Part shown: one piece after another, positions 36,004 through 43,904 of the stretch
How positions within the stretch are numbered: the stretch's first letter is position 1
Layout: each line of letters begins with the position of its first letter
DNA from: Bacillota bacterium
GTDB taxonomy: Bacteria; Bacillota; Clostridia; Christensenellales; CAMQZB01
Assembly (NCBI GenBank): GCA_044426045.1
Contig: JAWXUX010000007.1
Coordinates: forward strand, 26,318-90,317
DNA length: 64,000 nucleotides
Direction of reading: 5' to 3'
Notes under the pieces: model-generated
What the model was told of the DNA's origin: nothing
Seen by the model: only the letters and a program-made list of their open reading frames with translations
Databases searched by the model: none
Position numbers and translations under genes: made by a program

Positions 36004-36351
36004 TTATTTCAATTTATCGTTGCCGTGTTGCATATGCACAAGCCCCGTGTTCAATATTTCCAAAATGTGTCCGTCATCCAACGAATAAAAAGTTTTTCGC
36101 CCCTCGCGCTGAGTTTTCACTACCTTATAATGCCTCAAAATTTTCAATTGATAAGAAACCGCCGGTTGTTGCATTTTTAACATAATCGCCAAATCATGCA
36201 CACAAAGCCTGCCATCTTGAAGCGCAAACAACAACTTAATCCGCGTGCCATCCCCAAATATCTTGAAAAAATCCGCCAAATCAGTCAACATAATATCGCT
36301 AGGCATATCCGCTTGTGCTCTGCCCGCTATTTCACAACAAAATTTTTCCAC
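36004..36351 (-). CDS. ArsR/SmtB family metalloregulator
   Basis: LFKIFGDGTRIKLLFAL...LCVHDLA...QPAVSYQLKILR. GTG start preceded by AAGGAGGAG. Confidence 0.85.
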   Translation of the reverse strand: MEKFCCEIAGRAQADMPSDIMLTDLADFFKIFGDGTRIKLLFALQDGRLCVHDLAIMLKMQQPAVSYQLKILRHYKVVKTQREGRKTFYSLDDGHILEILNTGLVHMQHGNDKLK

Positions 36352-36553
36352 TCTGCTCCTCCTTATATAAGCGTATGCTTATATGTTTATATTATTATAT
36401 TCGCAATTTCCAAAAATGTCAAGCAGATTTTCAAATTGTTTTCTATTAATTTATATATGGCACAATAAAACACTTGTGCAATTATTGACAAAGCAAACAT
36501 CATATAGTATAATTGCATTAAACGTTTTTATGAGTAAAATAAGGAGATGGGGA

Positions 36554-37342
36554 GTGCGATTCCCTGAGATAAATATGTTTTGGATTGATGCTATTTTATA
36601 TGTTATGATATATAGTTTTGCGGGCTGGGTGTGCGAATGCGTGTATTGCTCAGTTTTGGATGCGAAACTCACTAACCGTGGATTTTTGAATGGTCCATTT
36701 TGCCCGATGTACGGCGTGGCGGCAGTCGTGATGGTGTGGGCGCTCAACTTTTTACCACAGTATATAAGCGTTGTTTTTGTTGGAAGCGTGATAATCGCAT
36801 CACTGATTGAATATGTCACAAGTTGGGGCATGGAAGTTTTGTTCAAGGCGAAGTGGTGGGACTATTCAAAAAAGCGTTTCAATATCAATGGCAGGGTTTG
36901 CCTTTTGAACTCAACGCTGTTTGGAATTCTCGGTGTGGTGCTGATGTTCGATTTGCACCCAGCAATCAGCGGGGTTGTCACATATTTCGGTTATGAATTC
37001 AAAATGGGATTTTTGATTGCATTCTTGATGTATTTCACTTTCGACCTTTCTGTCACGCTCTACAGCGTTCTTGGACTCAATATACAGCTCAAAAGAATTG
37101 CAGAACTAAAGGAAAAAATAGAAACAAAATATTCGACAATTTCCGAAATACTTTCCGCAAAAGAGAGCGAAGAAAAATCAAGGCTGGAAATGGCATATGA
37201 AAACCTCTCGCACAAGTCGGACATATTAAAACGCCGAATCTTGGACGCCTTTCCCGACGTGCAAAGCTTGAAATATAATAAAACCCTAGATGATTTGAAA
37301 AACCACCTCAAAAAAGGAAGAAATAAAAACGACGAACAATAA
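36554..37342 (+). CDS. membrane protein, putative ABC-transporter type IV / DUF1113-like
   Basis: YSFAGWVCECVYCS...GFLNGPFCPMYG motif. Start is uncertain: GTG 36554 has AAGGAG 7 nt upstream; the alternative is ATG 36575. Confidence 0.6.
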   Translation: MRFPEINMFWIDAILYVMIYSFAGWVCECVYCSVLDAKLTNRGFLNGPFCPMYGVAAVVMVWALNFLPQYISVVFVGSVIIASLIEYVTSWGMEVLFKAKWWDYSKKRFNINGRVCLLNSTLFGILGVVLMFDLHPAISGVVTYFGYEFKMGFLIAFLMYFTFDLSVTLYSVLGLNIQLKRIAELKEKIETKYSTISEILSAKESEEKSRLEMAYENLSHKSDILKRRILDAFPDVQSLKYNKTLDDLKNHLKKGRNKNDEQ

Positions 37343-37399
37343 TCAATGAGCATTAAAAAAGCACTATAGAAAAAACTATAGTGCTTATATTTTGCGTGT

Positions 37400-38209
37400 T
37401 TAAGATTTGGCTTCTTCGATTGCAGAGACAATTTCGCTGTTTAATCTGGCGTAGCCTTTTTTTACGTCCATTTCAAATTCGTTCCTTGGCAGCTCCATCG
37501 ATGTATCGTTTATCACAATAATCAATCGGATTTCATCCATTTGGGATTTTTTAAATTCAGCGTGTTCATTTACAAACGTGATTTTCTCGTCTCTGTCCCA
37601 TCCATCATCAGTAACATCCGCAACCCAAATTCCCCACAGGTCTTCATCATCAATATATTCAAAAAAACTGTCCGTTCCAAGCACACCAAACACATCGGAA
37701 ATGTCTTCGTCGCCACTTTGGTTGGTGAACTCAATATATACCATATCGTAGATTTCCGAATCGGAATTTGCATCTTTAACGAATATGATATCAGCTTCAA
37801 TTCCAGCCCCCAAAGAAGATGCTTTGAAGGAAACATATTCATATCCACCATAAATATTTATGTTATAAAACAGAAACAGCCCCACCAAAACAGAAACAGC
37901 CACGCAAGAAGCAACAACAAAAACTCGCTTGTGTTTTTTTAGATATTCAACAGCTGAATTTTTCAAATTGCGAATCGCATCCACTGCATTCTGAGGCTTT
38001 GCATTTTCCCCCGACAATATTTCGTCAGCGGAAACGCCCAAAATTTCCGCAAGTGGAATAATCAAAGAAGAATCTGGCATGCCTTTGCCTGTTTCCCATC
38101 TGGAAACAGCTTTATCAGTTACGGAAAGTTTTTCCGCAAGTTCCTTTTGTGTTAAGCCTTTTTCCTGCCTTAAACTAGAAATAAGTTTGCCTGAGTTTTT
38201 CATGTCCAT
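37400..38209 (-). CDS. XRE-family HTH protein with a TM anchor and extracytoplasmic domain
   Basis: LRQEKGLTQKELAEKLSVTDKAVSRWETG HTH, then TM VFVVASCVAVSVLVGLFLF. ATG at 38209 is preceded by GAGGTG. Confidence 0.75.
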   Translation of the reverse strand: MDMKNSGKLISSLRQEKGLTQKELAEKLSVTDKAVSRWETGKGMPDSSLIIPLAEILGVSADEILSGENAKPQNAVDAIRNLKNSAVEYLKKHKRVFVVASCVAVSVLVGLFLFYNINIYGGYEYVSFKASSLGAGIEADIIFVKDANSDSEIYDMVYIEFTNQSGDEDISDVFGVLGTDSFFEYIDDEDLWGIWVADVTDDGWDRDEKITFVNEHAEFKKSQMDEIRLIIVINDTSMELPRNEFEMDVKKGYARLNSEIVSAIEEAKS

Positions 38210-38389
38210 AACGATCACCTCACTTTTTATGCTTGAATTATATCATGTCCACGACGAATTTTCAAGATTTTAACGATTTTTTGGACTCTACGAAAAATAG
38301 AGTCTCTGTTTTTACTCCAAAATCATTTAAAATACCTCGAATGATTTTACAAAATGATGACAATTTTTCATTTTACCTATCCAAATACC

Positions 38390-38728
38390 TTATATGCATA
38401 ATCTTATAATGAGTATTAGGCAAATCACTGCTGCTATTAATAGGAGTATTCTGTTTTTTAAATTTAACCATAATCTATCTGCCCTTGAAGGGATTTTCCT
38501 GCGAATAGTTTCAAATACGCCTGATTTTTTATATTTATAGTTCAACACTGAGCTTGAAATTACACTTATAAAGAATATTATAGTTGCAAGTCCTATTTCT
38601 GCAAACCAAAATAAAGCCATACCAAACAGAAAAAACATGCCTATCATGTTGTTATAATTCATTATACTTAGCCACTTATAATAATCAAGCTGTTCTTCCT
38701 TATTCCAATCTGTGATATCAATTTTCAT
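38390..38728 (-). CDS. small membrane protein, unknown function
   Basis: Three hydrophobic helices; AAGGAG RBS. Confidence 0.5.
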   Translation of the reverse strand: MKIDITDWNKEEQLDYYKWLSIMNYNNMIGMFFLFGMALFWFAEIGLATIIFFISVISSSVLNYKYKKSGVFETIRRKIPSRADRLWLNLKNRILLLIAAVICLILIIRLCI

Positions 38729-38878
38729 ATTTCTCCTTTTTATTTAATTTATTTTTAATCTTTACACAATGAAGTGAGCTTAGAGTTATAATACATTTTC
38801 GATTGTTTGTTCACATCTATATCTTCCTCTCTTTCCGTCATCTTGTGCATATAAACCCGCTTTTTAGGCAATGCTATG

Positions 38879-39622
38879 TCACTCAAACGAGGTTTTAAAC
38901 TCATCGAAATCAAAATCACTAACTATTTCATATATTCCAGTCGTGATGCCATTTTTTGCTTCTTCTGGCACATAGATGGTGTTTTGCGATACAAAAACAG
39001 TCCTGTCTATTTCTTCAAAATACAAGCAAACATTCCCATTTAATGATCCTGGTGCTATTGCCAGTTTAGGAACGCCGTTATCATCATATTCATACGGTAT
39101 CATTTCTGCGTTTATTTCAAGATTATAAAAAATTTCTAAACTGCCACTTTGCATATCTGAAACCAATTCGTAATCCTGCAATTCGCCATTCCAAATTTGA
39201 TAGGAAACTTCGCCTTGATTTTGGAATTTGTCATTGCAAGACATGATATCACTGCTTTGATTTTCAGTAACAAAAATAAGAATTGGTCTTGACCACTCAT
39301 TTTGAGTTCCAACCGATATATTGGAATCACCAACGGAAACACCAGTCACAATTCCTGTTTCTTGGTCGATTGATACACTTGCATGTGAGGACATCCATGT
39401 ATATTCAATTTTTTCAAGTTGCTCAGGCGTTGCCAGTTCGCCGTTATTCAAATAACATTCAAATTCAAGCTGATATTCTTCGCCAACAGCAAGAACATCC
39501 TTTTCCGCATATATAACAAAGCCAGCCACTTGCTTTGCGTTCCAACTCAAATAACACAACACAGCTGCAATAAAAACCGCAACAATGCCAATAAAAATTA
39601 TTATATTTCGCTTTTTTCGCAT
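38879..39622 (-). CDS. signal-anchored protein with a Big_2-like Ig domain
   Basis: N-terminal TM. LAVGEEYQLE...VSIDQETGIVTGVSVGDSNISV resembles bacterial Ig-like group 2. Confidence 0.6.
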   Translation of the reverse strand: MRKKRNIIIFIGIVAVFIAAVLCYLSWNAKQVAGFVIYAEKDVLAVGEEYQLEFECYLNNGELATPEQLEKIEYTWMSSHASVSIDQETGIVTGVSVGDSNISVGTQNEWSRPILIFVTENQSSDIMSCNDKFQNQGEVSYQIWNGELQDYELVSDMQSGSLEIFYNLEINAEMIPYEYDDNGVPKLAIAPGSLNGNVCLYFEEIDRTVFVSQNTIYVPEEAKNGITTGIYEIVSDFDFDEFKTSFE

Positions 39623-39835
39623 TTGTTTTCTCCTTTATATATCATAACAGCAAAACATCATCTTGCGTTGCGTTTTTGATTACCTTTGTGTACACTGCAA
39701 GTATAACATACCTTTGCATTTTGTCAAGTACATTCCGAGGATGGCAGATATAGCGCCCAAGTGGTTGGATTTTGTTGGATTAGAATTCTAGATATTCAAC
39801 ACCAATCAGGTAACTTGATTTTTTCACTGACTGGT

Positions 39836-39872
39836 GCTGAAAAGAAGAACCAAAGTTTACACCTTGGGTTCT
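39836..39872 (-). terminator. probable rho-independent terminator after fic
   Basis: Stem AGAACCCAAG/CTTTGGTTCT (one mismatch) followed on the minus strand by TCTTTTC. Confidence 0.45.
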
Positions 39873-39888
39873 TTTGTTATATATAGTT

Positions 39889-40776
39889 TTAAAAAGATAT
39901 CTTAAAATACTCCATAGCACGCTTGAAATTATCTTGAGCTGAAAGGCATGTGTCCCCGAGATAGCCTTTTTCGCTTTCCCACTCTTTGAGACCACGATAA
40001 TAAAATAACTTGTGCGTTTCATCTATAACAAACGGCACGATATTATTTTTTAGGCACTGTTTCAATATTATCAGCCTACCGACCCTGCCGTTGCCATCTT
40101 GAAAAGGGTGAATACATTCAAATTTATAGTGGAAATCGAGGATATCATCTAGTTCAATTTGTTGTTTTTCGTTATATTCACAAATAAGTTTCTTAAGCTC
40201 TTTTGCGACATCTTCAGGACTTGTGGTGTTGCTTCCACCAATCTGGTTTGGCAATTTTTTATATTCGCCGACATTAAACCAACTTTTTTTGCTGTCGCTT
40301 GTGCCATTTTTCAGCACCATATGCAATTCTTTGATGAACTTTTCACTGAGACGCGCAGATGCATTTTCTATAACCATATCAATACATCTGAAATGGTTTG
40401 CCGTTTCTATGATATCATCCACATTGTGAACTTTATCAGACATGCCGATTGTGTTTGTTTCAAAAATATAGCGAGTTTCATCGTGCGTCAGCTTGCTTCC
40501 CTCGATATGGTTCGAATTATACGTCAAATCAATCTGAAGTTTATGGTAAATACCCCCGCTGGTTTTGCCATTCATTTCCTCACTGAGCCTATAAAGCAAA
40601 TTATCACTCTGATTTTTCGCCGTGTTTTTTCGCAATGGCTTAACTGCACTTTCAGGAATATTCCAAGTCTTGCCAGTCAAAAATGCCCCTGCTATTTGCC
40701 CACTAGCACAATAATTTCGCACACTTCGATCCGAAACTCCCCATTTCAAAGCCACTTCCTTTACAGATAAATACAT
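39889..40776 (-). CDS. fic: Fic family protein with N-terminal HTH
   Basis: HPFQDGNGRVGR active-site motif and SNHIEG, an [ST]xxxE[GN] auto-inhibition motif. GGAGGTGG RBS. Confidence 0.9.
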   Translation of the reverse strand: MYLSVKEVALKWGVSDRSVRNYCASGQIAGAFLTGKTWNIPESAVKPLRKNTAKNQSDNLLYRLSEEMNGKTSGGIYHKLQIDLTYNSNHIEGSKLTHDETRYIFETNTIGMSDKVHNVDDIIETANHFRCIDMVIENASARLSEKFIKELHMVLKNGTSDSKKSWFNVGEYKKLPNQIGGSNTTSPEDVAKELKKLICEYNEKQQIELDDILDFHYKFECIHPFQDGNGRVGRLIILKQCLKNNIVPFVIDETHKLFYYRGLKEWESEKGYLGDTCLSAQDNFKRAMEYFKISF

Positions 40777-40798
40777 ACGCCACCTCCGCCATATAGCT

Positions 40799-40827
40799 AT
40801 TATACTAAACTATCGGCAAAAAGTCAA
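40799..40827 (-). promoter_or_regulatory. sigma-70-type promoter of fic
   Basis: Minus strand TTGACT (40822-40827), 17-nt spacer, TATAAT (40799-40804). Confidence 0.6.
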
Positions 40828-40863
40828 TATCAAAACAAATATATTGCACATCTTTTTGCCGAT
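40812..40863. promoter_or_regulatory. 12-bp inverted repeat overlapping the fic -35 box (candidate operator)
   Basis: ATCGGCAAAAAG (40812-40823) and CTTTTTGCCGAT (40852-40863). Confidence 0.4.
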
Positions 40864-40895
40864 AACGGCACTGCTTACACCCTCCCCAAAAATCC

Positions 40896-40937
40896 ACACA
40901 AAAAAGCCCACTTTAGTGATGAACTAAAAGTGGGCTT
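40896..40937 (-). terminator. rho-independent terminator after the DarT-like gene
   Basis: Stem AAGCCCACTTTTAG/CTAAAGTGGGCTT followed on the minus strand by TTTTTTGTGTG. Confidence 0.7.
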
Positions 40938-41048
40938 ATTTATGTGAGTTAGACACCAAAAGTACATTTTGGCGAGTGTGTATGCAACCTAAAGTGCATT
41001 TTTATAGATGTTTGCAACTAGAAGTACATACTATTTATATTGAAACTT

Positions 41049-42077
41049 CTATATAACATTTGTTTCATCTATTGGCTTCTCTATACATGCCAATATATTG
41101 TGTTCCACATACAAACTTATCCTCAGTATTTTTGTTTTTTCATAATGCGGTATTTTATTTATTCCTATAGGTCTTGTATCCTGATAGTTCATCATGCACT
41201 TAAGTTTTCGTTCAAAAAGAATTTCGTTTTTACCATTTAGCCATTGAAAAACAAACTCTAGCTCTATTTGTGACAATTCATCTAATTCTCGTTTTTCCAT
41301 TTGGTGTTTATCGTATTTACATTTATCCAAAGTATCCGTAAAATTAAAAGTAACACTATTTTCATTAAATATAATATCTTCAACAAATAAACCGTTCTTC
41401 TCAAACATGTCACTTCTGCATACTTTTACTTTATCTTTATATTTATAAAATAATTTTTCATTTTTAGCCTTCAAAAGAGTCATAAATGTAGATTTTTCCA
41501 CGTGATTTCTGCACAATATAACATTTAAACTGTCATCGATATTATACTCATTAGGACATAAAATTTCTGCATGCCTATATTTTCTATCCTCATAATCTGC
41601 AAAGTTATTACCATAAATCTTTTTAAAATTTAATTTAGCAAAATCATCTTCACCACTATACAACTCTGCTCCATGTCCAGCCTGACTGAATTCAGAAAAA
41701 GCAACACCGTTTGTTTTTAAAATTTTTTCCATATCAAAAAGAAAAAATATTGGTACAGTGACATTTGCATTTCTATCACCGTCATACCTCAAATCAGGAT
41801 GCTTATACCCCTCATTATAATATTGAGTTGGAGTCATCGGTCTAAAATAAAATCTAGCACTAGACAAAGCTTCACTCTCCGTCATGTTAATTACTTGCAT
41901 ACTAGCGTTATCATTTTTCATCAACTGCTTATCCGATACTTGTAATCTACTATATATATATCCAGTTGACAAAATATTCACTGCATTTGTGATATCTGTA
42001 TAATGATATGCAAATTTAGGCCACCATGCAACATCTGCTATTTCACAGTTATTTTTTATTATTTCTGAATATGTCAT
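41049..42077 (-). CDS. darT: DarT-like (DUF4433) ADP-ribosyltransferase with a ~130-aa C-terminal extension
   Basis: FAYHYTDITNAVNILSTGYIYSR, ARFYFRPMTP, FSEFSQAG and YRHAEILCPNEYNIDDSLNVILCRN match my recollection of DarT motifs. The start is coupled to the macro gene (GAGGGG RBS inside its end). Confidence 0.65.
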   Translation of the reverse strand: MTYSEIIKNNCEIADVAWWPKFAYHYTDITNAVNILSTGYIYSRLQVSDKQLMKNDNASMQVINMTESEALSSARFYFRPMTPTQYYNEGYKHPDLRYDGDRNANVTVPIFFLFDMEKILKTNGVAFSEFSQAGHGAELYSGEDDFAKLNFKKIYGNNFADYEDRKYRHAEILCPNEYNIDDSLNVILCRNHVEKSTFMTLLKAKNEKLFYKYKDKVKVCRSDMFEKNGLFVEDIIFNENSVTFNFTDTLDKCKYDKHQMEKRELDELSQIELEFVFQWLNGKNEILFERKLKCMMNYQDTRPIGINKIPHYEKTKILRISLYVEHNILACIEKPIDETNVI

Positions 42078-42081
42078 TAAA

Positions 42082-42933
42082 CTACCCCTCTAATCCGAAG
42101 GCTCTTCCGCGGCCTTCATTAAGCTGATAGCCATCAACAAATACACCTTGCTTATCCATAATACGGACTTTCGAAATATATCCTAGGTCATTTAGTAATT
42201 TACAAAAAATGCTTTTTATATTATTGCTTTCGCTTTTAAATATCAAATCATTTCTAACCTCATCCCATATTCCATACAATTCTTCAAAGGTTGTAATATA
42301 TTCTTCATTTCCACATTTAAAAATATAGTTTTCGCCATCTTTTTCAACAGTCCAATCATTTTCAAAAATATATGAAATCATTCTACATTGCTCTTCAACA
42401 TCGTCAAGAACACCTCTAAATGACATATTTTTTGCATCTTTTTTGAGCCAATCCATAGTTCCTTTTGGATTTTTGTGTTCAGGTTCGATATTCTCGCCAG
42501 GTCCTATATAGATATAAACATCTATAGGCAACGGCTTCAAATATTTTTCCATTATCGGACGCACATCATTCCAAGACAATTCCCCATTCCCGCATCCCAA
42601 TCTAGGAAACGCTATTGAAGTTATACTTTTTTCCGCATACGTACTAACGAATTTTCTTAGACCATCTTCTATATATTCAAGTTTTGACGGATTCCTCCAA
42701 TGCTCTTTAGTTGGAAATAGCAACACCCAATGATCAGGGAAATAGAACAACATAAGTTTTCCTGTTTTTAAAGCATGCTTTTCGCAAACTTTTTTATAGT
42801 CATCAAACATTCTAGGATATCTATTTTTGAATGTCAATGCAAGACCCTTTCCCATAACTCCAACTGTATTGACCGTATTAACAATAACTTGCGCCGGACT
42901 ATCAAATATATTACCTTCTACATATTCTAACAT
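42082..42933 (-). CDS. darG: macrodomain protein (DarG-like antitoxin candidate)
   Basis: VIVNTVNTVGVMGKGLA and SIAFPRLGCGNGEL macro motifs, plus a ~130-aa C-terminal domain. Confidence 0.7.
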   Translation of the reverse strand: MLEYVEGNIFDSPAQVIVNTVNTVGVMGKGLALTFKNRYPRMFDDYKKVCEKHALKTGKLMLFYFPDHWVLLFPTKEHWRNPSKLEYIEDGLRKFVSTYAEKSITSIAFPRLGCGNGELSWNDVRPIMEKYLKPLPIDVYIYIGPGENIEPEHKNPKGTMDWLKKDAKNMSFRGVLDDVEEQCRMISYIFENDWTVEKDGENYIFKCGNEEYITTFEELYGIWDEVRNDLIFKSESNNIKSIFCKLLNDLGYISKVRIMDKQGVFVDGYQLNEGRGRAFGLEG

Positions 42934-42941
42934 TTAACACC

Positions 42942-43160
42942 TCATTTCAACTTAATCTTTTCACCATTAGGCAACACAAAATCGCATTCAATTTTGCAAC
43001 CTGTCACCATAGCAATTGTATCTAAATTATCCAAACTGAATGAACCCCGTTTAATTTTTTGCGAAAATGCTTGCGGAGTTACATTCATTCTTTTTGCAAT
43101 CTCCGCAGCAGTCAAGTCCGTTTTAGCACATAAAGTTTTTATCTGTTCATCTATTCTCAT
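42942..43160 (-). CDS. XRE-family HTH protein
   Basis: DLTAAEIAKRMNVTPQAFSQKIKRG. ATG at 43160 preceded by GAGGT. Stop lies 8 nt before the macro gene. Confidence 0.7.
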   Translation of the reverse strand: MRIDEQIKTLCAKTDLTAAEIAKRMNVTPQAFSQKIKRGSFSLDNLDTIAMVTGCKIECDFVLPNGEKIKLK

Positions 43161-43253
43161 ACTATACCTCACATTTATTATAAACTATTTCGTTTAAAAT
43201 GTCAATATATACGTTGATTTTATATTACTTAATATATTGTATATTTTTATACT

Positions 43254-43865
43254 TTACACCATTTTTATAAACTCGCTCGCAATATCCACATCGTCAATTC
43301 TTATTGTTATTTCTTCATCGGTGGCAAAGCCCATGAAATTTATATTGCCGTACCATGTGATTTTACAATCTATCACTGCGAAGTTTTGATGTACTTTTTC
43401 TTTTTGAATCACTTTAATTCCAAAGTTTTGAAGGTGCTCTATATTTCGCGATACGGCGTCTTTCATTTCTGGTTTGAAAGATTCTGTTTGTGTTGTTATT
43501 ATTGTCACGACAGTGCCGTTTAGCATTGCTATGGCAAATTCTTTTGCTATATTTGTTATTCTATCTTTTTTCAAAGATGAGGCGAACACTACAATTTCAC
43601 AATTTGCTTTTCTTATATCTTCATAGAATGCTTTTGAGTAATTTTCTGTGTTATAAATAATATTTGGATTGTTTTCTACCCCTTCGCACCCTAATATTTT
43701 ATAGCCTATTTCCGCATAACTTTTAACCCTTTTGTGATACATTCTTTCAAGCACTGGCACGTGGATATCGGCGTAGTCGTATATCACTACATCCTTTTTG
43801 TTATCTAGCAAGCGATGAAGTCTGCCAGCATATTGAGCAACTTTGCCCTTCCATGCTATTGGCAT
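43254..43865 (-). CDS. helicase motif VI plus HKD-like domain fragment (C-terminal 203 aa)
   Basis: Same frame as the upstream fragment. Its first Met lies 13 codons after the TAA. Confidence 0.55.
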   Translation of the reverse strand: MPIAWKGKVAQYAGRLHRLLDNKKDVVIYDYADIHVPVLERMYHKRVKSYAEIGYKILGCEGVENNPNIIYNTENYSKAFYEDIRKANCEIVVFASSLKKDRITNIAKEFAIAMLNGTVVTIITTQTESFKPEMKDAVSRNIEHLQNFGIKVIQKEKVHQNFAVIDCKITWYGNINFMGFATDEEITIRIDDVDIASEFIKMV

Positions 43866-43904
43866 TGCAAGAAAAAGGGTATCTAATCTCGGGAAATCAA
43901 ATCC

